This document shows positions 36,834 to 50,600 of a stretch of DNA of 60,000 nucleotides, in pieces (the first letter of the stretch is position 1; each line of letters opens with the position of its first letter). Made by a program: the position numbers and the translations under genes. Source of the stretch: Callorhinchus milii. Its lineage: Eukaryota. Under the pieces are notes generated by a model. It saw only the letters and a program-made list of their open reading frames with translations, was not told the DNA's origin and ran no database searches. Location of the stretch: positions 76,200,001 through 76,260,000 of the forward strand of contig NW_024704743.1 in the NCBI RefSeq assembly GCF_018977255.1. The letters are read 5' to 3'.

Positions 36834-38834
36834 GTAAGTAACCCAGCAGTATTCGGTACAGTTGCAGTAGCAGGTAGCATGCAATTTGTTTGTCCACAGT
36901 AGCAGTCTAAACTTTATTCAATTTTTTTTGATTCCTCAACAATATTTCACTATCCAACAGATCATTTAAATTATCTACAGTGTTTTTCATTTAAGTATTC
37001 CAAAGCAGTTCCTCAAGAATTAAAATTTTAATCAGTTATTGTTTTAAGATGCAGCTATAATTTATATCTACCGTTTCCTAGCTGATGTCTTTCAGATTGA
37101 TTAGTACCTACTTGGGTGATATAAAAGTCAAATTGGAAGGATTATAATCTACATGTTTTAGTGAACCCAAAAGCTTACTGCTACAGGATTCCTCTCCAAT
37201 GGGATATACATCTAGATTAATAAAATAATAATAATAATCCTTGCATTTGATATAGCGCTTTTCACGTCTTCTAGACATCTCAAAGAACTTCACAGAATAT
37301 ACTGTAAAGTGAATTGACTGTATATTTGTGGGCGAAACGCAGTAGCCAATAAATAATAAATAATAATCCTTGATATTTGATAAATAATATTTGATATAGC
37401 ACCTTATCACGTCTTCCAGACATTTCAAAGTGCTTCACAGAATGTACTGTAAAGTGAATTGACTATGTTTAGTGGGCGAAATGTGGCAGCCGAGAATTGA
37501 AGTGACCAATTTATTATTGTTTTTTTTTCTTGAGGGATTATTATTAGGCATCTTTTATAACCTTTTGAAGTTAATTTTCTAATTCGTGATATATTTCTCA
37601 TTGCTCCGGTTGAGATCTCAGAATCATATTCCAAGATAATTTAAAGCATTTGAATCAAACCTGTATCAGCTTTCTCTGTCCAGTTTCCATTTAGCTATTG
37701 GTAAACAATGAAGTGTTCCAGAGTTCACACAAGGCTGTTTTGACTTTCAAACCTTGCACATTGCCTGCAAGAACATTAGGTCCTTTCTACAATATCCCAA
37801 AACCAGCCAAACTGTATTGATTTTTTTCTTACAACTGTTAAAATGCACTTTTCTGCAATGCAAATATGATCCCATTTACTCTTATCAGATTTGTAGGAAC
37901 ATTAGTCAGTTATTTGGATATTTAAACCATGGGGAACAAAATTGTCCAACTGTAGAATCTGATTTTGCAAAGTTAACTTTAATATTAGAATTGGCCCGTT
38001 TTTATTTTAAGCTTAAAACAGTTCAGTAATGTTTTACAAAGCACTCTTATGATTAGCTCAGGGCACACTCTGAGCACTATATCTACTATGAGTTGATTAC
38101 TTGCCAAACCACACTGGAGCTGAACTGGCAAGAGGTCTGGTGATGTAGTGATTAAGATGCCAATGGTTTAAGTACATTGGGGGTACTGTTAGAATTTAAT
38201 CAGCCAAAACCATATAGTTTATAATTACAAGACTAGCAAGTTTCTCGCTGCTCATCCAGCTATGACAACACTACATACTACATGCTAAGGTGTTGACTTT
38301 TAGTGTTATCAAGAGCAAAATCAGAAGAATTTCAACACTCAGTGATGACTACCCCTCCAAATCCCTTTGATGACCTTGGCTGGCTAATCATCAACTGTAC
38401 TCAGGAGTACTGCTATATCAATGAACAGAAAAGGGAAACCTGAATATTGTTCGTGATTTGTAGTTTACATATTTCTGTTTAACTCAACACAATGCAGTAT
38501 TTGTCCTCCCGACATGAAAGCTATATAAATGTAGGTTTCTTGTTGTTATACAAAGGAACATTGCATTTCTGGCTACCGATAGCTTTGTAGTGAGTAGTTA
38601 AGTATTAATGCTCTATTATGTATATCCCGTATTCATTGTTTGCTATTCCAATTATTTTAAATAAACTGACTGTAACTAGTAATTGTAAGAACAAGAAAAA
38701 CAACTTCATGTCATAACGGTTGTAACAATGCACCTATCGACCCTGCTTCACTATTTTTAGTTCTTAGCAACATGTTTTCTAGTTCTCACTTCCCTGCCTT
38801 TCTCAAAAAATCCCCTCATTATTCTTTGTAGTCC

Positions 38835-39150
38835 TAGGGGGTTGCTACATTGTTGGAGGTACCATCCTTCAGATGAGATACTAAATTGGTCTGCTTGTTC
38901 AGGTGGACGTTAAAAGATCCCAAAGCACTTTTCAAAAAGGGAGTTTCTCCTCTTGTTTTGGCCAACAATCCCCCAAATAAAAATTGTTCACTTATTCCAT
39001 GGTTATTTGTGGGACACTCTGCACACAAATTGGCTGTCGCATTCACCTACAAGTACAATCACTGCACTTAGCAATAAAAATCCTGTGAAGCATTTTGAGA
39101 CGTCTCGATGACGTGATGAAGCATTATATCAAATGCAAGCATTATTGCTG
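38835..39150 (+). mobile_element. Deu-domain SINE, 5'-truncated
   Basis: Core ggaggtaccatccttcagatgagat...aggtggacgttaaaagatccc, plus tail atcaaatgcaagcattatt. Confidence 0.7.
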
Positions 39151-40891
39151 TAAGTACCTATTTACTTCCCTTTATAACTTTTGTAATTGATTCTGTGCTT
39201 CTGGCATTCTGGCACTAAAAGTTTTCATAAACCTGTCGTGTGAATTCTACACATTAAATTTTAATTGGATTACCAACAATTTTAGGATTGCTGAGAAAAT
39301 GAGGCGATTTGACACTGAAGTCCAGAAAATATGGCCCATCGCTCTAGTGCCACCATGTGGAAGCAATTCCTCAAATTATACTTATCAGGTGTACCAATAA
39401 ACACATTGTATGATGTTTAGGTGTTGTGGATGTGTCATTCCAATAAATTGGTTGTGATCATTAAACAAAGCAATTGATTGCCTCCCTCATCAATGAATAA
39501 TACGACAGCTATGCTCACGTAAGCCAATTTAAAGGGATTTGAGAGTGCTGTGTATATTCAAAGGAAACGTGACAGTAAAAAAAATTCAATGGGCATAACA
39601 ATAATATTCTCAGCTCCATTTATATAATATAATAGTAATCTTTGCATTTGATATAGTGCTCCGTCATTTCTACTCAGACCAACAGCTTTGCACCCTCTAA
39701 TGGTTTTTCATTGGCTTCCATTACTCTACCTTCCATAGCTTCCAACCTCTGTAAGCTTCAGCTCACCCAAACAGGTATAGCATGAATTTTCTCACACACT
39801 ACATGCTTATTTTTCCTCACATTCTTGCCAGGCTCCACTGGCCCTGAGAACATTAACAGATTTTTTTTTAAAAGATCTTTTTCTTGACTTTCAAATCCCT
39901 TCACAGTTTCGCTCCTCTTAAGCCAATGTATTCTTCAGTCCTGTTATTCTTCCTGTATCCTATGCCCTTCCAATTCTGATCTATTGCTCCTTCCATTCTG
40001 GTCAAGTCTTCAGCCACCATACCCTCTGGATTTCTCTTCCAAAATGTCTTCATCTTTCTTCCACTCTGCCTGCTTTTAAAACTCTCTTAAAATGTAGCTC
40101 TTCAACCATACTATTTTCAACAAAACTTTAATCTCCCTTTTCCACCACAAATGTGCACCATCATATCTGTCGAGCGCTTTGGAACATTTTGAGCTATATT
40201 AAAATCTCTACCAGTTGTATTTGAAGATAATGTTGAAGTTTGCCACCTTCAAACAAACTGCAAGTTCAAAGAATTGTTTGACCAATATCTCTATTTTATG
40301 TAAATTGTATATGTGAACTTGTGAATTTGATGATTATTCATACTTCAGTCCCAACTGAATCATGCAATAAATAGTTCAACATGCTTAAAAACTAACCCAC
40401 AATGGAAATAACTGCATGCTCAAATTTTGCATTTGATTGTTGAAACTTTTCCCAGTTTGCGTTCCATTTAATATTGCATCATTTCTTTTGTTGTGAAATC
40501 ATGAATCCCGAGTTTCACAGATGAATTCTCTGCCCAGCTGGTATGTGTTGAAGGTTTGTGAAGTATACCAATGAAATCCTGCAAATTAAGAAGTTTTTAT
40601 TTACATTTTTATTAATTGATTATTCACCTCATTGAAGTTTGTGGGATGTTGCAGACAAGGATTAGATACTGGATATGCATGCAAAACAGCAGAAATTAAA
40701 TATTACTACACTTTGCGATGTGTATACACACACAAAATTTACCACACAAATGAGATATTTCAACATGAGGCACTACATCAAATGCAATACCTATGATGAA
40801 TTACGTAATAATGTGATATCTGCAAAGTTAATATGTTGAAGGGCACATTGAACAGTTGTTACTTACTTTCTGATATATTTTTATATTTCAG

Positions 40892-41082
40892 TTGAAACCT
40901 GGGTTGGAATATACACAGTTAAGGACTGCTATCCAGTGCAAGAAACCTATACCAAGAGCTACAGTGTAACAACCTCAACCCGCTTTTTTGATCTGCAACT
41001 AGGAATTAGTGACCCATCTGTGTTCACCCCACCCAACACCTGCCAGGCAGGCAATCTAGAGGAGATGAGCGATGGTTGCTGA
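40892..41082 (+). CDS. EPDR1: EPDR1 coding exon 3 (terminal)
   Basis: tttcag acceptor. Encodes (F)ETWVGIYTVKDCYPVQETYTKSYSVTTSTRFFDLQLGISDPSVFTPPNTCQAGNLEEMSDGC then TGA at 41080-41082. The three exons total 672 nt = 223 aa plus stop. Confidence 0.97.
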
Positions 41083-41647
41083 CCGTAAAGCGCTGGCTGC
41101 AGTACAACCACCATTTATCAATTGTTTCTGTTGCGATGGACCCGTTGCTTAAAAACCATCAGTTGTGCCACCTTCTCTTGAATGCTGACGTGCCCGGGAA
41201 CTGTCAGGACACCTCTCTGCGGGGGTTGGAGTTCCCTTATATACAAATAGCCTGTTGATTGATGTGTTGTTTCCAAGAAAAAAAGGAAAGGTTGTGCTTG
41301 CAGCTGCTGCAGTCCATGTATAACCCTGCCCAAGAAGAGGTCTTCAGTATGTGTGTATACACACTGCAAAGTCCATCTGTTAATTATCTGCCATGCCGTT
41401 AATATAAGTTTAACAAATACTAGAATTCAATTGTGATTGTGATCGCTCATCTTTGTGTTTGGCAACATAAAATATTTAGTTCCACCTAAAGAATGAGGAT
41501 TAGAATACTGTAATTCCTTTACAATTAAGCTTAGAGTAAATACAAATATGTAATCCTTTAATGATGATATTTTGATTTTCATAGCAGACTTTTAAAAAAA
41601 TGTTATGAAAATCAAAGTGGAAACTTGTGTTGCTATTAATGAGTTAA

Positions 41648-42055
41648 CCCTTCAAGTGTTAACAGGGACAGGAAGCTTCAGCTCACCCTGTGATGCTGAA
41701 ATACTTTAAAATATTGTAAAAAAAAGACTTCTACCTGTCATAACTTTTCTTTTCCTTGTACACTCTTATTTCTAAATCTACCTTTATTATAAACTTTTAA
41801 CACTAACATGTTTTCCCAGTATATTTTGTCACTATTTTACCAAGGAGCCCCACATAGAAAAATCTGTCTACTGGTTGAATTCAAAGATGATATAATCTGG
41901 CAATTAATACTCAGAACTGTAAAGATTTGTATTGCTATGCTTGACCAGGACAAGTTTTGACATGTTTTAAAGCTTTAACACAAGAAGTATGATCTAATTT
42001 GTGGAGCAAGCACCACATTGTCTCCTGATGCAAACATGTCTGTGACACTTGAGGG
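41648..42055. mobile_element. piggyBac-type non-autonomous element (MITE)
   Basis: TTAA|CCCTTCAAGTGT at the left and ACACTTGAGGG|TTAA at the right: TTAA target duplication, CCC/GGG ends, imperfect TIR of about 35 bp. Confidence 0.7.
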
Positions 42056-42254
42056 TTAATGAGTAATGCATTTGAAAGCTTCACCTCAAAACCAGAGTGA
42101 TAAAGAGTCACATTGAAACTTGAATATCCTGAGAGGAAATGTTATATCACTGTAGGCATTGAGGTACCCATCTTTCTAGCTCATTGATCTGCTTTATTCT
42201 AAATACTGTCCTGTATCTCTAAAATTCTAAAGTAGTGAGATTTACTGTTTTTCA

Positions 42255-42426
42255 AATAAAGTGCAGGGTTGATGAAATGTTTAGAAATGCTGTTGGTTTC
42301 AACTGGGAGGATTGTGTTTTAAAATAATAACTCTGATGGAGATGGATTTCTTTGTGAGTTAATCTGTCAGAGAAGTTTGCTGAGTATTTAATTCTGTCAT
42401 GCAATAGCCTGAATCTATGAAATAAA
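42255..42426 (+). terminator. Candidate EPDR1 polyadenylation signals
   Basis: AATAAA at 42255-42260 and 42421-42426 after about 1.2-1.3 kb of AT-rich 3' UTR-like sequence. Confidence 0.5.
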
Positions 42427-43454
42427 CCTTCTCCTAGACTAAATCAAAGACTAGTGTTTCTGTACAAACATGCAGATTTGTGTGTTTTCTCCCCAGAGGC
42501 TCAAATCGCCTCCTCTACATTATCCAGGAAAGTGTTATGCATGTAAATTGTGTGATAAGATTTGAGGCATAGCATTTGATAAAGTTCCACAAACTCAAAT
42601 TTCTTGTACCTTCAAAAGCCCGTTGACACATTGGAGAGGGGCAAGTGCTGGAAAGGTACAGAGAAGAGCAACCAGGATTATTCCATAGCAGACAGTCTAT
42701 TCTGATGCTCCAATACAGTGTTGGAGTTGCCATCCTTCAGATGAGATGTTAAATCAAGTCCCATCTCAGTTATTCTACATATAGGACCCTATATAATGGA
42801 AGTTGTTGTATATGAGGTGGGTTTCATTTAAATCAAATTATATTAGTTTCACTTTGGTATCACTTCATAAATTGACACAGGAACTCCAAGTTGATAACCT
42901 TTACTGTGAAAATAAATCATACTTCCAAACATAGTGCTTTGCTGTCAGCTGGTTAATATTCAGAGAAACCTGCATACTGTATTTCAACTTTTCCAATTCT
43001 TAATTTGACCTGGTAATGGCTTGTGTGCAGAAATTAATTTCAGTCATCTAGACTGTCAACCTCAGAATAATTATTGCATTTAAGAAGGACAAAACTGGGA
43101 TTCAGGGACCAAGAATGTGGGCAAAACAGTCAAAGATGTAGATGTTTAGAAACACTATTAATAAGGTTGTAATTTTGAAAACCACAGCAATAAAATATAA
43201 GTATTGGCACACATTTTCATATAAAACATGCAGTATTTTCCTATTATTTTTGATATAATTATTGTTTACTTACAAAATACATTGTCACTGCTCATTCCTG
43301 AGAAGCACTTTGAGATGCCTTAAGGCCCTATGTCAAATGCAAAGATTATTATATTCCTTGTGCAATAATACAAATTGCATATTGTAACAAGATTCATTCA
43401 GAATAAGTTCTTCGGTCCATTTCATCTTATCTTGCCAGAATACCCACCCTATCT

Positions 43455-44520
43455 TAACAAATGGTTTCTCCTCCCGCCCCTGCCCGGTCACCTGTGGGGA
43501 CCCCAGGGCTCCATTCTTGCCCTCTTTTCCTTATCCATATGCTTCCTCTGGGCGATATCACCTGCAGACATGGGGTAAACTTTCATATGTTTGCAGATGA
43601 CACACAAATCTACTTTGCCTCCTCCAGTACCAACTCCAGGTCTGCCAATGTTCTATCAGTTTGTCTAGCATTCATCAAGGCCTGGATGAGTGTAAACTTC
43701 CTACAGCTGAATATGGACAAGACGGAAGCCATACTCCTTGGCTCCCGTCAACGTCTTCACTCCTGCGGATCTAAACTCCTCAACCTCCCTGCGCTCTTCC
43801 TCACACTCACCGAACCAGTGCGCGACCTAAGCGTCCGGTTTGTCCCCAGCTGTCCTTTCTCCCCCACATCCGATCCCTAACCAGGACCGCCTTCTTCCAC
43901 CTCCGCCACATTGTCCGCCTCTGACTACCTTACCCTAAATGCAGCCAAAACCATCGTGCATGCATTTGTTACCTCCCGCCTGGATTACTCCAACGCACTC
44001 CTCGCCGGTCTCCCCAGCTCCACTATTCAAAAGATCCAGCTCATTCAAAACTCAGCTGCCCATATACTGACCCGGACCAAACTCCGTATCCACATCTCAC
44101 CAGTTCTGGCCGGGCTCCACTGGCTCCACATCATCGAACGGATCGACTTCAAAATCCTCACACTTGTGCTCAAATCCATTCACTCCCTGGCACCTCCCTA
44201 CCTCTCCAACCTCCTCACTCCCCAATCAACCTCCCGGTGCCTCTCTTGACATGCACCGGCCTCTTGCTCGTCCTTCCTACCCTCTGCCCCACCATCGGAG
44301 ATTGTACTTTCAGCCACTATGCCTCAAAACTCTGGAACACTTCCTCAATCCCTTTGCCTTGCCCCCTCTCTCCCCTCTTTCAAGTCCAGTCTGAAAACTT
44401 TCGTCGACCATGCCTACGGCCAGCTCTTCCCTCCCCCCAGCTTGGAATCAAGCTCTGCCACTGCTAAGCGCTCTGAGACGTTACCCTGCGTGGAGGGCAC
44501 TATATAAGTGCAAGTTGTTT
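43455..44520 (+). mobile_element. L2 LINE 3' fragment (RT to tail)
   Basis: GVNFHMFADDTQIY, WMSVNFLQLNMDKTEAI and [19 protein letters not shown] motifs; gcactatataagtgcaagttgtt tail. Confidence 0.92.
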
Positions 44521-47262
44521 TATCATCTTCCCATCACACCATCAAACTTTTTTTAAAATTAGTCCAATGTCTTGGCATCAAACACACTATCTGCTAACCT
44601 GTTCCAGTCATTAATTACACACTGGGCAAAGAAATACTTCCTGGTGTCTGTCCTGAAATTGCTCTTTGCAACTCTGAACATATCGTATTTTTCAGTGTCA
44701 TGAATGTCCCCTCACATATTTAATCTGAGAATGTGAATAACAATAAGCCAAATAAAAATTATCTAGACTCCTGAAAGTAATGAAGCAAAACTGCAGGTTA
44801 TTAATTGAATGTTACAACCTACATCATTCAACTCTGCTCAGATTCAAGTGAATTGATACTACTTGTAGAATGTCTACTGGTGTTTTACATTTGAAAAATG
44901 CAGTAATTAAAATGACTACTTACAAAAATCTCAGAAATTGCTACATTTGAAGTATTCGGTTCAGGTTCATAATAACAATAATTCAGATATGGTTGCTAGT
45001 AAGAGAATGACTGCAACATTCAGAAGTTTTTTTATAGAATATTTTTCAAAAATCCTTGCCACGATTCAGTTGTTTGCATATTTTGCATTTACTTTTCTTT
45101 TTAATCATATTTTCCATTGCATCTATGAAACGGAAAATATGACCATGACCTTGCCCAGAATAGTTTACTGGGCTCATTAATTTTGCACAATGTATGGTGA
45201 ATAAATAGCTACAAAGCAGTTTGAGAGGCTGACCATCGTGTATTTGATTAAATGGATAAAATGACATCAGCTCTCCTGAACATGGTGCTGTTTGAGTTTG
45301 TGTGGATCATTTATTTTACACAAAAGGAATTTGAATCATAAGAACTAAAATTACTTGGAAAAGTGTATCAAAATATGAATTCAACAGAGTCTCATAGAAG
45401 TTCTTGAATTGTTCACTATAGTAAGAGGTTTGATTCTATTTAGTCTCTTTAGATATTAAGTTTGCTTGTGAATCCTGAGGAGCTCAGTTGGTCTTTATAC
45501 AATTCCTGACCCTGCCAATTATCTCTCTGCCATTTGATTGAATCAGGACAGCAATAAATGCCTCTAATTATGGAAATTGAGCAATAATAATAAATAAGTT
45601 TTGCACATAGAAGTGACATCAGATTTACTAGCAAGTTAGTTAGCAAACAGTTGTTTAATATCTTGTAACATTGGTAATAAGTAAAATACATATTTGATTT
45701 CATTGCATAAAACTGCAAATTAAAATATGATGGAAAACCATTTAGGCTTCCACCAATTTTATCATCTTATGACTATTTGTGGGACCTTGCAGGTGCTAAT
45801 GACTTGAAGATTTGCTAACTAAAACAATCACTTGACAAGTGCTTGAAGTACTTTGAGAAATTTCAATGTAGTAAATGTAAATTGCTCACTAATTGTCTTC
45901 CCTGTCTCCCACAAAAATAATTAATTCTGCTTCCTTGTCATGGAGCCTGGTAGCCCTTCTGTACCATGCTTAAGTAGCCTTTACAATACAATACAGAATG
46001 ATATTTGTATAGCACATTTCATGTCAGGAGGACTTGTTCATATATGAGCCTCATGAGTGCTTTTAAAGAGGCTATTTGACCATGGGATGTAGCACAGCAT
46101 CATCCTTCAGATTCACCTTCCTGCAAGGGACTGACAACCCACCAAGGGTAGGAGTCTAAGCTGATTTGCCCTTCCAGGGGAGTTGAGGCCAATTGTAACA
46201 CTCTTAAACTGCCGCCTCGACTGAGGCAAACAGATGATTCCAATCTGCGACCTCCTGGTCTGAGAACCTCACTCTCACTGTTTTTACCTCTCTAGGCCAT
46301 CAGACATTCTTCTTTCAAGTATGCCCCCAACCTATGGAACTCCATCCAACATTCCCTTCTCCTCACTCCCTCCCTTGTCTCCTTCAAGGCGGGTCTCAAA
46401 ACCCTCCTCTGCGATAGAGCCTTTGGCCACCCTCCTACCCTCTCTGGCTGCCACCCTCTCCTATCCCAACCCCCAGCTCAGGTTCAAATCCCTGACAGTC
46501 CAGCACCTTGGGACAACTTCCCGACATGAAAACTTCTATACAAATGTAATTTGTATTGTATTAGCCATACAAAATTACAAATAGCAATATATTCTCCCTC
46601 CAAATATTTGCAATTTATTGCAGTATATTAAACTAGTTAGAAATACCAAGTAAGTAAGCAATTGACTTTTCCCTGAGGTTGACTGAGGTTTCCACACAAA
46701 TTCAGTTATTTGAGGGAACAATAATGCCCTACAAGGAGTGATGGTTGAGTCAGAATCCATATTGGCTTTCAAGAGGCAACTAGATAAATAAAAAAATGGG
46801 GAAAGAGAAGGTCAATGGAACTGAAAGGATTGCCCTTAAGGGACAAGGCACAGACACGATGGGCCAAATGGTGGTCTGTGCTGTAAATTTCTATGGTTCT
46901 ATGTCTTCCCAGATATTTGTTTGTTAAATTATCAACAACATGATAAGGCTCTATATCTAGTTTGTTACACCAACAGAAGGAGAAATATGTTTTCTTTATT
47001 TACAAAAGTTATAGACATTTATTGATACAGCTGCTCTTTCTGCTATATCATAGTCACTACTGGAATCTGTTCAAACAATATCAATGGCAGTAGAATAACC
47101 ATAGTACAGATTAGTGATAGAGGTGTACATTTCTATTATCTGACAGCAAACAAAATCAATCGACACAAATGAGGACCGGAAGCAGAGACAAATGGAGAAA
47201 TTGAGTTGAGTGTCACAACAGCACCAGGAAGGGATAGTGATGGACTTTAAAGTGTTATACTT

Positions 47263-47626
47263 GTGGAGTCCTGTAGCGTATTGGTTAGAACACTAGCGTC
47301 GCAAGCAAGAGGACCTGGGTTCGGCGAAACCTTAGGTAAGTTTTCTTACTCCACATGCCTCCGTTTATCTAGCAGTTAGGACGAACCTGGTTGTTAGTCA
47401 ATTGGCACTTCGCTTTTCTGGGGGTAATTAGCCCTTCAAAAAAATAATTTGGTCACTTACTCCACGACTGTTTGTTGGACACTGCTGTGCGCAGTTGACT
47501 GCTGCATTTCGCCCACAAAATATACAGTCAATTCACTTTACAGTATATTCTGTGAAGTGCTTTGAGACGTCTCGAAGATGTGATAAGGCCCTATATCAAA
47601 TGCAAGTATCATTATTATTATTATTA
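47263..47626 (+). mobile_element. tRNA-derived SINE, same family
   Basis: gtggagtcctgtagcgtattggttagaacac head; tail atcaaatgcaagtatc(att)n. Confidence 0.85.
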
Positions 47627-50600
47627 CACTTGAATTAAAACGACATTGGCCAAATCATATTTTCAATGGTTTATATTACTTTTGTGCAGTTGTACCATAC
47701 ATTTCTTGCAAGCAATGTGAAATGTTTTCAGCATTTGTTCTTTTCATCGCCTTGGGACGTCCTCCTGACGTGAAAGGCGCTATACAAATGTAACATTATT
47801 GTTGTTGTTTTGTTAAATTGTTCTATCATACAAATCAGGCACATTATCTAAACATCAATTTTATTGTTAATAGACACAGATTTTGCTTGAAAACCTTGTT
47901 AGATCTGCACCTAAATGGCAAACTGAAAATATGTAAGACAAATTCGGAATTTTGAAAGATTTTAAATACTGTTGTGAACCGATCATGTATTAAATGGTAA
48001 CAAAGGTGTTTTAATGACACCACACATTGAAACAACTCGACTGAAAATGAGAAATAATTCAAAGCAAGTTAACGTTACACTATTACAGTTGATACCTATA
48101 TGTTTAAAACCTTGCCAAATGATTTAAACAAGTAACACCCTCACCTGCCTACTGCTGTTTGTTTTTCCACTGCCACCAAGCGAAGCAGCCAGGAAAGTGG
48201 TAGCAAACGCCCTGTGTTGGTTGGAACGATTCTTCTTTGTGGTCATTAAGAACCTTGCTGGCACCATATCTATGAGTGGCACATTGCTATATACTGTGGG
48301 CAGGCAGTGCAGAAAATAACCCTCCTATCGTAACAGATAAAATGTCTATCTTTTGTCAATTCTTATTCTGTGGTAAGATGACCAATCTTGGGTTTAATTT
48401 AATGTTAAACAACCTGAGCAAATCCTCTGTCTTTTATATTGGCTGTGTTTTACAGTTTAAAAAGATTCTTCCAGGTAAAATCCACAAATAAAGATTGTTG
48501 ATCAATGAAGGTTGCATGTCGCCCAGCTTTTGCATTATGTTTAATGAACATGGATATAAAAAGATGGGGCATAAGGCAAAAATAAATACATTTTCTCCAT
48601 CAACACATGAGGCTTCCCACATGACAGGAATGTTTTCCAATCGTAAGAGTGGTGACAAGATGATCAGTTTCCATGTGTAAGTGCCATATGTGAATTCTCA
48701 GTCTGGTTTGGATACTCTTAAGCATGGTGATAGCCAACCAAATCAAAAAGGTGATCAATCACGTTAATCACCACGTAATGCAGATTCTGTTGATCATGGT
48801 TCAAAAAGAATAATTAACAGAGACTCGACAAACCTGGGCACCCCCCCTCCGATTTATATTAAAAAAAAATTGGTCAAAAATGTGTGTGGGATACTGTTGT
48901 GTGCAATTGGCTGCTGCGTTTCGCCCACTTAAAAAACATACAGTCAATCCACTTTATGGTATATTCTGTAAAGCATTATCAGACATCTGAAAAACGTAAT
49001 AAGCCGCTATTTCAAATGCAAGGATTATTATTACAAAAAAATGTTTGAGACCAAAGGTATCCCCTGCTCCCAATGTACAACCTAAATTGATACATTGCAT
49101 AATGAAGTTTATAAAACATATAAGGCATGTTTAACAAATAACACAATTCAAATTGTGGTATATCTTAAATTTGGTGTGATAATTATTGCATTGAACCTAT
49201 TACCCCCACATTCCAAACTTAACCCTTACATTGTAGATATTTCACTGCAGAGCTATTCTGTTTGAACTTTGCTGCTGATTTGACATACTTATTTTCTCTT
49301 GCAGGAGTCTCACCCATAGGAGAAAATGTAATGCCATGTTGATGTTCATTTGACGCTTGGAGTTAAATTTTTACCAGAGTATCCTGGTTACTGATGTGAC
49401 GACAACAACAACTTGCATTTATACAAGCATGCTCTCCACATCGGGCAGAGTCCCAGAACGCTTAACAATGGTGGAGTCTGATACCAAGACAGGGGGAGGA
49501 GGAAGGTGACCATAGGCAAGGAAGGTCTTCAGGTGCAACCTGAAAATGGGGAAAGAGGAGGCAAGGCGAAGGGATTGAGTGGGGAGTTCCATAGCTTTGA
49601 GGTGTAGTGGCTGAAGGCACGCACGGCTGCCGATGGTGGAGCGGAATAATATAATATATCACAAAGAACATGATACATTAAAAAAGAACTCAGAACACTG
49701 TGGCCCATTGCAGGCGGGGAGAGAATATGCTCTATACAGCATTGTTACCAAGCCAATCAATGTAGAGTCAGCCTATCTGCAAATGGAAATGGTTGATCCA
49801 TTTTTGAACAACTATAATTTTGTTTGTATGAATTGCTTTCAGGGGTGGACGGATGATTTTTCTTTCTCAGTTTTATACTTTGGAATCAGCCTTGAATATT
49901 TGTATGTGAGATGTTTGCATTCGGCATAAGTTTTCCTAGACTAAAGGGAACATGAATTCATCCTTCCCTAAACAGTACTGAGAAAGAATCAGTCAGATCT
50001 CTAACATTGCCAGGAAATTGAACTGAAGGTCCTTACTAAAACACTAAAGGATATGGATGCAAGCTCAACCCGCTTCAATGTATTACACAATATTTAGAAA
50101 TGGCTTTTATAAAGCACATCCTTTTATTCAATGGCTACAGCTATAGATACCAGATGCTTGGCAACAATTGTTTCCTGCCAGAATTGTGGTCAGAGATCTA
50201 GCAGCTGGTATCCTCCTTGATCATTTCTCTTCCTCTCTCAACCACCTCATTGATTCCCTGATTTTGACTCTGTTTGACCCATGATTTCCTCTTTGTTTCC
50301 TCAAAAGTTTTTTGCTTTTGCCCTCACATTGTCACCTGTGGTTCTAAGGTGACATGTTTGGTTACAGAATATCAAAATCGAGCCAAGCCCTCTGGTGGTC
50401 TCAGCGGTTCCTGAGCTATGCGGGTCTGTTATATTCCAGGGCAGAACTGGTGACAGCATTGCCAACCTGGCTCATTGGCAGGACTTGGAAGGGCAGACCA
50501 GTTACTGGTGGCAGGGAATCCTCCCACTCAGCTTCTGTTAACCCTGCAAGCCAAAGCCCTAATGCGTAGGGTGGTCCTAGCTGGACAAGCAACGGGAAAA

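Noticed and set aside
41639..41675. Second SECIS-like ATGA...AA...GGAA pattern
   Set aside because: Helix pairing is poor and the sequence is explained by the piggyBac-type MITE terminus.
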